A stretch of DNA of 64,000 bases from Macrostomum lignano (Eukaryota): the NCBI GenBank assembly GCA_002269645.1, contig NIVC01001481.1:186001-250000 (forward strand), written 5' to 3'. Numbering within the stretch: position 1 is the stretch's first letter; every line of letters starts with the position of its first letter. A model generated the notes under the pieces. That model searched no databases. It was not told the DNA's origin and saw only the letters and a list, made by a program, of their open reading frames with translations. Position numbers and translations under genes: made by a program. Below are positions 12,250 through 24,700 of this stretch, one piece after another.

Positions 12250-13795
12250 AATCGGCATGACTGACGTTACAAACGCCCCTATCAGACAGAGTTAATTCGT
12301 TTTAATCAAAAAGTTTTTAATATATTTTAAATGCTTAATTCTCAGCTAGTTCCTTCGCTACCAAGCTTTGTTAGTTGTTCGCTTTTTAAAGCCCAAAATA
12401 TTACAACTGTGGTACTGTTTTATAACACTTTTTACAACAGTTTATACATAGAATTGATCTTGTAGCTACCACCCCCTGAAGCTAACAAACATCCTATGTT
12501 CAAATGCTCAAAATTTTATTGAAAATGCTATTTGATTCGTTCAAGAGTTCTATTTTTTTGAAACCAAAGTACGAAAAAATTAATAATTTAATAATTAATA
12601 ATTTAATAATTAACTTATTGGTTTCTATTGCATCCTAGCAAACGATGACGTAACCACCTGTTGAAGGTCCAGAAGCTCCGCGTGGATGAAGGCCAGTGAC
12701 CAACGAAGTCAGAGCTGATGCAAACACGTGTGGTCAACGTGCGCAGCTGATGAAATTTGGGAGGCTTGGCAAGGCCTCACTGAGGCGCAGTGCTGATTAG
12801 TCTGACCTTCTGGCAGAATCGTTGGATATCTGAGCGGTACATAAGGCTGGCGACGACTTGATTCTTGCTTGAGAAGATGCGAAAAAAATCGTTACCCAGC
12901 TGTGTTCTTGAATTTCGTGTGCCTGCGTTGCTGCGTTCCAGCACAGCAAAAATTGTCACGGGGGCCGGGGGCTCATTGGTAAGCAACAGGGGGATCTGGT
13001 TCTGGGCTTGGTATTCTTAATGCAACTGCAGTCGTCCGTACTATAGCGACTATAACTTATTTAAGCGGTTGGCCCATAGCCAGCTACTGACAAAATATCG
13101 AAGTCATTTAAGTCCAGAGTCAGTTAGGTCATTCAAACAAATTTTGTTTGTAAGTGGGCATTAGAACCTCCATCCATTATTATACTTAGACTGTAGTTTA
13201 GAAATTTGTTTGACTGACTTGAGAGACCCATAAGAAAAAGCGTGCCCATTTAAACGCGAAACGCAGACCAATTTAACAGCAGTGAATTGCTCACAATAGC
13301 CAAACCACTACTTCACTTTTCAGTGTTCACTATATATGCTATAATCTGAAAAACACACTATAAGTTTGATAAATACGTCATGCCATGTATTTAATGTACT
13401 TTCAATCAAAGTTTTATTTTCTGCTGCTGTAAGTAGTGTAAGAAAATTTCTTTTTTGAATCCGAAGCAACTTATTTTTATACTTTTTCTTAATTCTTAAA
13501 TCATATCAATAGTGGTCTTGACTTTGTGCGAATCCATCTTTAGGTGCCTTAGAAACTGATCTGTCCAATTAATCAATGGCAATGTACCTAATATTTAAAT
13601 CTTAGAATGTTTGCCAGGCCTTGGCTAGGGCCTAAGTTGGCTTATTATTAAGTCTAAGATGAGCGGGTTATTAAATGGTCATTAATAAGACTATTATAGA
13701 AATTTTTATAAAATATTGGAGTACTTATACTATACTCATAGGTTTGGCTGCCATGTCTTATGACTTATGTCTATGGGTTCTCAATCTCAGTCACT

Positions 13796-15595
13796 CAGTG
13801 TTGGGCACCACTAATAAAAATCTTAACTTCAATTAATGGCAAGTATTAGTTTAGTTAGTGTTAAAACAAAAAAAATTGTAACTTATTAACTCTTAATTTT
13901 GTTAAATTAACTGAAAGTTAACTGATAATTGTTAATAAGTGTTAATCTGTTAAAGTTAACATAGAAAATACAGAAATCTTTCACAACTTTTGGTGTAGGC
14001 CTACACTTGGCGTCTTGGCATACAATTTTTTTAAATCTGGCATACTATCTGGCATATAAAAATGGATAGGGAAAAAGTGGCATATATGTTCCTGCAATTG
14101 CAAAATTAAATTGTGAAATAAAAATAAATTTAAATGGAAAGTAGGCCTAGTTATTTTGAAAGAATGAAAGAAATCTTCAAGCCTTGTTTTTTTCTAGGAT
14201 TAGGGGCCTAGGCCTACAATTTTTGGCAATAGTGCAGTTTCGTTTGCAAAATTTTTTTTCATTTAAATTTGAAAGTTTGAAACCAGAAAACAATAACAAC
14301 GATGTTTTAAACCATTCTAGCAACTAGGCCAGAGCTCATTGGTCACAGAATTTTAAAGCAAATGGGCGCTCTATTAATATACTTTTTTTCATTAAATCTG
14401 TGCCATGCTCAAATGCTACTTGAAACGCAAGTTGTCTATGGAAAAAATAGTTTTAAAAAATTGAAAGGGGCTCAAGTGGGAGGAGGCTTGAACTGTTTCC
14501 CTTTAGCTGAGAAGCTGCTAATATCTGCTTTTTCTTTTGGACAACATATTGCATTATGGCTGGATGACCACCAAGATCCTTGTGGATAATTCCACCAAAT
14601 GAAGTGCTGCCAGCGAATGCTCTACTGCAACTAGAGCTAAATGCGCGCAACCTGATGGCTGCCATGGTCTCTGCCACAATTGTTAGAATGGTTTGAAACA
14701 TCATTTTTTTATTGTTGTTATTGTTTTCTGGTTTCAAACTTTCAAATTTAAATGAAAAATAATTTCGCAAACAAAACTGCACTATTGCCCAATTTTTTCT
14801 AGGTTGAAAAAATTTGGCATACACTGGTATACCAAATAAATTGTAGGAGATTTTAGTCCAACATATATTCAGGATGTTCCAAACTATGGCCATAATGCTC
14901 TGTCTTTGCTTTTCCACCCTTTTAGTAATACACAGAGGTTATCTAAGAGATTTATAAGCTAAAAAGTAAAAAAAGAATTTAAAAAAAAATTGAAAAGAAT
15001 TTAAAAGATTAAAAGATTAAAAGAATTTAAAAGAATTGAAAGAATTTAAAAAAATTGCATGCATAATACTATTAAAAGTAAGCATATAGTAAAAGAATTA
15101 ACTCATTTATTTGAAACTTGAAAGCTAATTAGTTAATAATAAAATATGAATAGAAAGGTTATTTTAGTAGCATTAGCAGGTACAGCAGAAAGTTACAAAA
15201 GATTGGGAAAGAAGTGAATCAAAGCAACAATGCTCATAGGCAAGCATTATTAAATTTCATTAGTAAGAACTTAGGAAGTTGTTAAATTGCATGATCATCA
15301 TTATAAACAAAAATTAGGCATTTAGGCTTGTAGATAGATTTGAATACATTCACAATGTTGTAACTTCTTGTCAGACTTATATTTTTGTTCTTTCTTTGTG
15401 TCTTTGGTCATTGACATTATCATTAACATTAACAATTAATTTGTCGTTAACTCACAAAATTATTAACATAAATTTGTTAATCCATTAGTGTAAAAAAATC
15501 TTAATGGCAGTCTGTTAACATTAATGAAACATCTTAATGCTTATTAACAATTATTAATGGATTAATGCTTATTAATGGACTAGTGCCCAACACTG
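13796..15595. mobile_element. Non-autonomous hAT-like DNA transposon, ~1.8 kb
   Basis: TIR CAGTGTTGGGCAC...GTGCCCAACACTG with TTAA/GTTAAC-rich subterminal regions at both ends. No clean TSD and no intact transposase ORF. Confidence 0.6.
14225..14789. mobile_element. 565-bp MITE nested in the 13.8-15.6 kb element
   Basis: ~100-bp imperfect TIRs starting GGCAATAGTGCAG / ending CTGCACTATTGCC, flanked by an 8-bp direct repeat CAATTTTT (14217-14224, 14790-14797). Confidence 0.65.
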
Positions 15596-16228
15596 GGTTC
15601 TATTACACTTTGTTAAAAGCCTTTCTATCAAACAGTCATTTTGTTTTGTTAGGGGAGCCTATTTCATCAAATGATTGAAATTAATAAGTAAATAAGTTGT
15701 ACAATGTTCATTATTAAGAAAATTGAATTGTAATGAATATTTTATGCAATCAGATGATCAAAGCTATGTAACCTGGTCTCCCCAAGGAGTCACTAGCCTA
15801 TTCAAGTAGAAAGAAAGAAATGTTATTTTTTGGAAACTTTTAGGAGGTAAGAGGGACGTAGCAAGGGTTTGGTATAAAGCCACACTCTCAAATCTGTTAC
15901 ATTGTAAGCTATGCTGGAAAAGTGACCCCCTCAACTATAAATTCAAGTTTTTGCCAGAAAACTGTGAAAGAAACAATAAAGAAAAATAATCACAATTTTG
16001 GGTAAACGGCAGGAGTAACATGACTGTCTTGTTAAGGCTTAATGCCTCGCCAGCTAATTATTACTCCGTCTGTTAGTACTTACCTTGGCTGGGCCCCTCG
16101 CTAGCCGGCCGGGTGTTGCGCATGTATTCTATCTATCAACACTAGGGTTCTTATGCTTATTTTGATTCTCAATTTACAGTAAACAGAGCAACCACATTAA
16201 CAATTTGTTGCAGCAACTACAGGTAGCC

Positions 16229-18310
16229 ATGGATAATAAAGCTGGCAAAAGCAAAGAAGAAATTAGGCGAATGATGCGGCTCACAGCCGCTAAGATGCAA
16301 CTGAAAAAGCCTTCTAATGTGGTAAATAACTCTGAGGCAGCTGCTGCTGCAACTGCGACAACTTCGTCAAGCAGTTCAGCTGCACTCGATGACACAGATT
16401 CAGTCAAGGGCCACCCATTTGCCAGGTTGGTGTGCAAAGCTTTGGATCTGCGTATATCATGCGATATGTTTGCAAACACATTCATTTTGTTTAAGTCTGG
16501 AGTTGCGCTCTCGAGACACGTTGATTTGATCTAGAGACATTTCTAATAGTTTTTAGCTGGTAAATCTTTAGGCATCTATCACCAGATTAATCTCTTATAT
16601 TGGATCTATAGACACTATTTTCATCAGATAGATTAGAGATCTATAGACACCCATAGTTACATCTGTCAGATCTATAGACACCCATAGTTACATCTGTCAG
16701 ATCTATAGACACCCATAGTTACATCTGTCAGATCTATAGACACCCATAGTTACATCTGTCAGATCTATAGACACCCATAGTTACATCTGTCAGATCTACA
16801 GACACCCATAGTTACATCTGTCAGATCTATAGACACCCATAGTTGCGTCTATTAGATCTATAGACACCCATAGCTGCATCTATCAGATCTATAGACACCC
16901 ATAGTCACATCTGTCAGATCTATAGACACCCATAGCTGCATCTATCAGATCTATAGACACCCATAGTCACATCTGTCAGATCTATAGACACACATAGCTG
17001 CATCTATCAGATCTATAGACAGACATCTCAACCCACCTACCCAGGTACAACTCTCTCAACCAGCTCACCTGTATTCTGTGCGGCTGCCCAGTGAAGTCCA
17101 GCTTACTCTGGCGCGCCCATCTGGCCTCGCGCGGTCACCGGGCCAACGCGGAGGCGCTGCGGTCCCGCGGCGGCGACCGAGCCGTGGAGATCCTGTCCGG
17201 TGCCGGGCTGAAGCGCCGGCTGCAGGAGACGTCTGAGAAGCAGCAGAAGAAGCAGCCGTCGTCTGCTCTGGGCCTGGCCTACTCCGACGACGAAGAAGAA
17301 GCTGAGGACCCCGCGCCCAGCAAGAAATCTCAGCAACTGCATCAGAAACAATCGTCTGCTTCTTCTAGCCTGCTTAATAGGCAGCCTCAGCAGCAGAAGA
17401 AGCAACAGCAACAACAGCAGCAGCAATTGCCCGAAGGCTTTTTCGACGATCCGGTAGCCGACGCGCGAGCCCGGAACGTGCCCTACAAAGACCGGATGGA
17501 GGAGGAGCTCGAGCTGTTCGCTAAGGAGATGCGCGACGCCCAGGTTGAATCGGACAAAATTGCCGAGCAGGCTGAAGAGGAAGCCGACAATGTGCGGTAC
17601 CTGGAAGAGATTATCACGCAGGAGTGAGTGTCTTGGGGAATGTGTATTTTAATGATTGTTATGTTTAAATTGTGGATTCTGGGATCAGAATTATGTCAAA
17701 TTCAGGGATCAGGAATATCCTCATCGTTCACGGATCAGGAATCCCCTTTAATCAGAGATGAGAAAAATCCCCATAATTCAGGAATCAGAATTATCCCTAT
17801 TATTCATGGATCAGAAAAATCCTATTATTCAGGGATCAGAAAAATCCCCACTATTCAGAGTTCAGAAAAATCCCCATTATTCAGGGATCAGAATTATCCA
17901 TTATTCAGGGATCAGAAAAATCCCCACTATTCAGAGTTCAGAAAAATCCCCATTATTCAGGGATCAGAAATATCCTCATTATTCAGGGATCAGAAATATC
18001 CTCATTATTCAGGGATCAGAAAAATCCCCGCTATTCAAAGTTTTCACTTATCCCCATTTTTCAAAGTTATCTATCTTAAATTATCCCACATGCATCGCAC
18101 TCCCAACTTATTCATCCCCACCCCAGGGAGACCTGGCATCGACTTAACGAACTTGAACTGTTGAAGGAGGCGGCGACCATCAAGCAGGAGGCAAAATCGG
18201 CGATGAAGCTGGAACCGGCAGCTGGCGACGGCTCGCCAACTGATGAAGCCGACATTGATGAGGCAGAGCTTGAGCTCGGATTGGACTGTTGGCGGAAAAA
18301 GAAATTATAA
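16229..18310 (+). CDS. ZNF830: ZNF830/CCDC16-like C2H2 zinc-finger spliceosome-associated protein, ~319 aa; exons 16229-16425, 17045-17623, 18127-18310
   Basis: Spliced translation gives KEEIRRMMR..HPFAR/YNSLNQLTCILCGCPVKSSLLWRAHLASRGH, LPEGFFDDPVADARAR, ELFAKEM and a C-terminal acidic tract ending DCWRKKKL*. Both introns are GT-AG phase 2, and the total of 960 nt is divisible by 3. Confidence 0.88.
16635..17025. repeat. 31-bp minisatellite AGATCTATAGACACCCATAGTTACATCTGTC, ZNF830 intron 1
   Basis: Direct periodicity. Confidence 0.95.
17700..18045. repeat. ~26-bp minisatellite TATTCAGGGATCAGAAAAATCCCCA, ZNF830 intron 2
   Basis: Degenerate direct periodicity. Confidence 0.9.
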
Positions 18311-18792
18311 CTGGAACTATTGTAAGACTACTTATAGTAACGATCGTGCATATTAATTTTACTTTCTATTCAATAGCAAGCGCGTCAAGGCAGGATCACG
18401 TGACTTAGTTTTTTATCAATGTGCAGTGTAGAACAGATGTACATTTGCCAGCTGATTGGACAGTTAAATAAACCCTAAATAAAATTTATTTTTTAAATAA
18501 TAAACTGTAAATAATTGGTCCGTTTGAATGTTAATAAAACAACCTATTAATTACTACGAATTTTTCCTTAAGTCGTTTTTTCACGATTATATGTTCTTGG
18601 TATTGGATACTTTGGGGAGATGATCTAATGGGATGGCGCATGACTGCTTTGGAGCATGGGAAGCAATTAATTCCACGGGGGGAATTTGATGCACCGCGTA
18701 GGGCGATGGTGAGGCGGCGGAGATGGCTCTGCTGTCCAACGAATGGATAAAAGCTTGGGCTTTATGACTGCGTTGAGACCGATGAGACTGCC

Positions 18793-21700
18793 ATGGACAA
18801 TTTCACTGTATCGAACGGTCATTTTCAACGGCAGGAAGGCGTTGCTGTTGCTCCGTCTTCGACGTCAACAGCTTCCATAGCAACGGTTGCTGGGGGCTAC
18901 GATTCGCGCGACATCTCGTCAGACGATGCGACATGGATATTGACGTCAACATTTATTATATTCACCATGCAGTCCGGTGCGTCTGGGGTGAAATTCAGTT
19001 GAAGCGTAGATGTAATTTGGGCAATAGTGGAAAATTTCTTAGTACATTTTCTTCAAACCTAAAGACTCAACAATCTAACTGACCTAGATAAAGGCGGGTC
19101 GTAATCCAGTGTTCTGGCGCGGCGCTCTGATGTGCCAGCTAGCGGCCCAGGCTCGATTCCAAGTGCTGTCACATTGATTTTTGGGGCTAAATTCGAATCT
19201 CTGCTTGGGCCGCCCCCCCCCCCCCAAGGCACAGTGAAGTGTACATGCCTAACGCTAAATAAAGTTAGGGCCGCTGTACACTCCTGTGTGAGTGTGTGCC
19301 TGTGCGTATGACTGCGTACGTATCCGCGCGCTTGTGTGCCTGCTCAGGGGAGTCGGCGGAATGGGCAGCAATGCCTCTCGCCGGTTGTGTGACAAAGTTG
19401 CACACACAGCCACCTGCCTCTATTTGAAAAGGAACTCTGAGATACAACCAAAGTTATCAATTGACATTAAAGCTTTCAGTAAGGTTTTATCAATGTTTAC
19501 AATTCTTAGAATATAGAATGGTTCGCTGAAACAGTGCCGATAAAGTAGATTTAACCACAGATACTATAAACACTAGATAGGCCACTCAGGCTAATTTTCT
19601 GGGCAAGTTTTTTATTCTACTTTCTGCTTAGTAGCAATGAAAGGAAGCAACAGTATTATTTGCTAAATTAGACAAATCGAGTGACTGTTTTTAAGACATC
19701 GTTTTGCTAACGCCATAAACAACTAACTTGTTTTGTGCAGTAATGGTGTACATTAAGACGCGACAGACAGTGTGCAATGCCGCTATCTTTCAAAGTGGAG
19801 GAAGGGGGGTAGTCTGGAATAGGGTTAATATCAGTTTCGTATAAGGCAGGGTGAGTGGATCGATAATTTAGGCCTACTGGTGGTGGGATAGAAAATAAAG
19901 GACTGCACATAGCTAGCCTGGGTTAGGGGTGGGTGGGGGTTGAGAGGTTGTGGGTTAGAAAATTTGGGGGTGGCGAATCGTGCTTAAATACAAGCTTATA
20001 TAGATGAACAGGACAAGAGTCAGAGTTAAAGAAAGTTCGAGTGCATACTAGCTTTTCTATCTAATCTTGTACTCGAGAAATGTTTTGATTCGAACCACTG
20101 CTGTGCTCCCACTTGCACGAGCTTTGTACTAGTGCTATTAACATCCGAGAAAGAAAAATCCGTTGCGAATGCATAAATTACCAAAAGATGACACTGGCGA
20201 AGCGCTGGCAGCAGCTACTACAGGAGCGTGGATATTGATCTTTATAAACAATTAAATCACGGGGCCTCCGTGTGTTCAGCTTGCACTTTATGGACGAGGC
20301 CTACTGCTGCCTTACAAAGTGCCACGGATGTGCAAGACATCTGTTTTCGCTGGGACGCAATCCCACACCAAGAGTTGATGCTGCCTCGGCTCGTTCAAAT
20401 AGACCAGCTACCCTCTGTGCAAAGGACTGATAAACGATGAAGAGGCAGACGACATGTACCCTCCAGTGCTGGGGCCAATTAGCAATCTATCTGCAGCCGA
20501 GCCTGCGACTTGCCTGCTGCCAGTGCTGTGGCAGAGCAACCTTCGGCTACCAGATTCTGCGCCGAGAACAGCTGTTGCGGCTGAAAGCTCTCACCTCTGC
20601 AGCCGATTCGCGGGTTCCAAGCGCTAGAGGCAAAGATCAAGCGGCTGCAGCAACGATCCCGAAAGTGACAGGCGAATCAAGCGGCTGCAGCGGCAATCCC
20701 GAAAGTGACAGGCGAATCAAGCGGCTGCAGCGGCAATCCCGAAAGCGACAGGCAAATCAAGCGGCTGCAGCGGCAATCCCGAAAGCGACAGGCAAATCAA
20801 GCGGCTGCAGCGGCAATCCCGAAAGCGACAGGCAAATCAAGCGGCTGCAGCGGCAATCCCGAAAGCGACAGGCAAATCAAGCGGCTGCAGCGGCAACTCT
20901 CGATGGTCAAGGCAAGTGCAGCGCAGTCGTGCATCCATGGACTGTGGAGGCGTGGCTAGCGCAGCTTCCAGCGGTCGACTGGGCGGCAGGGCGCTCGCAG
21001 TCAGGGGTGCTCTGGTCAAAGGATGTCATCTCATCAGCAGCTCATTGCAGCTGCACCACAAAAGTCCTGCTGCTTATCGGCTGCCTGTTACGAAACCACT
21101 GAGGATTGGCTCCATCGGATACATCCCTGGACCTTGAAGTGGCGCATTCGCCAGTTTTTTTCATCTGTTGGGCCGTTCTGAATGCTGCCTCTGAACAAGG
21201 GCGACTGGCGACCCTGTTCTTCGACAGCACGCTGCGAGTTTCACAAACAGATGAGCTGATTAAGATGAGAAATCTTTCTATTTTGCTTCACGAATATGGA
21301 TTATGGAGTATATGATATAGCTCGTATTTGCTAAATATACAATAGTAGACTGCAATAATATAGCCTTCTATGCAATCTAAAGCATTCACAATGTTGCTTT
21401 GAATTGTGGAAAGTATAATTATAAGTTTCTTTTTGCAAAAAATCAATACAATTGCTGCATTGCATTCATCTGTTTTTTATTTTAAAAAAATATAAATAAC
21501 GCTAAAATGTTTTTACTACTACTAAGCAGAAAGTAGAGTAAACTGTCGTGTTGTGAAAATTAGCTGGAGTGGCCTATCTAGTGTTTATAGTATCTGTGGA
21601 TTTAACTGCATGTGGCTCGTACTACTGTATAACATATGTACACAATTGAGCGCATGGGCACCATGGCACCAGAAGCGTTAGCAACTGTTCTCATTTTGCT

Positions 21701-24700
21701 TTGCTTTGGGGCATGGGCACTCCTTTGCCCTCTACGCACCAGATATGTTATGTACTCCTATAACAATAATAATTGATTACTGGGCAATATGTGCAACTGA
21801 TATCCTATTGCGATTGTTGCATCTGAAGGCTGCGTACGGCTGTTCAGTCCAAGGACTGGGGGGTCATCACACTCCCTCAACTACCCCAGCTAATGCTGGC
21901 ACCCATTTTACAGCTGGGTGAACTGAAGCAATGCAGAGTTACATGTAAGTGTCTTGCTCAAGGACACAAATTGTTCCGAGTTGGTCGAGAATCGAACCCC
22001 CAACAACCCCAATTAGGTAGTATGCATGATGCGCATATGCGCTTCAAGGTCATTCTCCCCCCCCCCCTCACTCCGATCGTCTCCGCAGGCTTCGGTCTGC
22101 TCGAGTCGGGCTGCGTGAACCCTCGCAACGAGGTGAACATCATGGTGAAAAACGTTGTCGACGTTGTATTCGGCGGCGTCACCTACTGGATGTTCGGCTA
22201 CGCGCTGTCGTTCGGCGAAGATCCCGGCAACAACTGGTTCTTCGGCTGGGGCGAGTTCTTCGTTGACGCCAGCGTCGAATCAATGGGACAGAAGTTCACG
22301 ACGTTCATCTTCCAGATGAGCTTTGCCACTACAGCCACTACGATTGTGTCCGGCGCGATGGCCGAGCGGACCAAGCTTACTTCGTACATAGTGTTCTCTC
22401 TGTTCAATACCATCATCTACTGCATCCCGGCGCACTGGGTCTGGGGCAGGAAGGTGCGTCTAACACTATTAGTTGTAGTAGTATTAGTGTAGTAGCATCT
22501 CACCTAATAGTAGCAATAATAGTAGTATAACAATACATGTAATTAGTTATACTGACTTCCTAATTACTCCAATCCGAACAGGGGTTCCTATACGAGATGG
22601 GCGTCATTGACATCGCTGGCGTGGGTCCGGTTCACCTGCTGGGCGGCGTCACTGGCCTGATTGCCACGGTGCTGCTGCGGCCTCGGATCGGCCGATTTGA
22701 AGAGGGGAAACCGCCGCCACCCATGGGCTGCCCGACTAACGTTATGCTGGGCATGTTTATGTTATGGTAAGCAGTGTATGGGAACGGGGTGAGGTGGGTG
22801 TATGGAGTTTGGGGTAGAAGAGCGGGGTGAGGTGGGTGTGTGAAGTTAGGGTAGGAAGAGCGGAGTGAGGTGGGTGTCTGGAGTTTGGGGTAGGAAAAGC
22901 GGAGTGAGGTGGGTGTCTGGAGTTTAGGGTAGGAAGAGCGGAGTGAGGTGGGTGTCTGGAGTTTGGGGTAGGAAGAGCGGAGTGAGGTGGGTGTCTGGAG
23001 TTTGGGGTAGGAAGAGCGGAGTGAGGTGGGTGTCTGGAGTTTGGGGTAGGAAGAGCGGAGTGAAGTGGGTGCATGGAGCTTGGGGTGGAGACGAACGGGG
23101 TGTGTTGAGGATGGCAAGACGATTAAAAATTCAAATAGATTAGAAAATTCGAACCATAACAAACAGGTGGGGCTGGCTGGGCTTCAACTGCGGCAGCACC
23201 TTCGGCATCCGAGGCGGCAAGTGGAAGCTGGCGGCCCGCTCAGCCGTGGCCACTATCCTGTCGTCTATGGGCGGGGGCCTGACCAGCCTGACTCTCACGT
23301 AAGCTGGGGAATTAAAGCCGTATTTTTTAGACAGTCTCATCCATCCATAAACTTATATTCGAACTTTTCGAAAATTCAACTTTCAGTTTTATTATTTGCA
23401 ACAAGAAGTTCGACATTGGTGATATTGTGAATGGCGTACTTGGCGCCCTGGTGGCTGTGACAGGTTTGGTTGTTGAAAACTAACGTTAATGAATTTTTCT
23501 GTTAGCGCATAATAAATCAAAAATCATACATGTAAAAATAAATCATGACGCAGGCATGTGCGCCCTAGCCCACCCCTGGGAGGCCATGGTGATCGGCATG
23601 ATTGCTGGCATAATGACCACCTTCACAACCCGCCTGGTTGAACGGCTCCGAATTGACGACCCGGTGGGAGTTGTGCCCGTGCACCTGGTCTGCGGCCTCT
23701 GGGGCCTTCTGGCTCCGGCCTTCTTTGTGGAAAATGTGCGTGCGATTCAGCTCCATTTCATAGTTTTTTATGGCTTTTGCGATGCAAAAAGAATGTAAAT
23801 TCTTGTTGCTATGCGGCTGGGATTCGTAACTAAGGTAAACTATTTTCAGTTGCTATGCAACAGGGTCCGTAGCTAAGGTAAACTATTTTCAGTAGCTATG
23901 CAACATGGATCTGTAACCAAGGTAAACTATTTTCAGTAGCTATGCAACATGGATCTGTAACTAAGGTAAACTATTTTCAGTAGCTATGCAACATGGATCT
24001 GTAACCAAGGTAAACTATTTTCAGTAGCTATGCAACATGGATCTGTAACTAAGGTAAACTATTTTCAGTAGCTATGCAACATGGATCTGTAACTAAGGTA
24101 AACTATTTTCAGTAGCTATGCAACATGGATCTGTAACCAAGGTAAACTATTTTCAGTAGCTATGCAACATGGATCTGTAACCAAGGTAAACTATTTTCAG
24201 TTGCTATGCAACAGGGTCCGTAACTAAGATAAACTATTCAGTAGCTATGCAACATGGATCTGTAACCAAGGTAAACTATTCAGTTGCTATGCAACAGGGT
24301 CCGTAGCTAAGGTAAACTATTTTCAGTTGCTATGCAACGGGGATCTGTAACCAAGGTAAACAGTTTTAGCTGCTATAGAAGTGGATCTCTTTAGCTCTGG
24401 TAAAGGTCATTCCTATGCAAATAAAATCTCGCACCGGATGACCCCGCCCGACAGGACATCCTGGAACAGATCACCCGAGGCCGGGCCGGAATGTTCCGCG
24501 GCGGCGGCTTCTACCTGCTGGGCGTGCAGCTCCTGGCCGCTCTGTGCATCGTGACCTGGTCTGTGCTCGTCTCACTGGCTCAGCTGCTGGTGAGTGCAGT
24601 TCAGAAAAAATGCGTGTATGCTACTTTAAGTAGGAAAATGAATCAGTACTGGCTTGCCCTATTGGAATAAGTGGTATTTTCGCGGACGGCGTCCGGCGCA

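Noticed and set aside
12640-13010. Moderately GC-rich patch with a 69-aa minus-strand ORF after AK1
   Set aside because: No recognisable homology or consistent splice structure.
14453-14917. 154-aa ORF inside the hAT-like element as a transposase remnant
   Set aside because: No recognisable DDE or dimerisation motifs, and it runs across a MITE TIR.
20437-21102. 221-aa ORF in Amt intron 1
   Set aside because: Largely produced by the 40-bp tandem repeat; no domain similarity.
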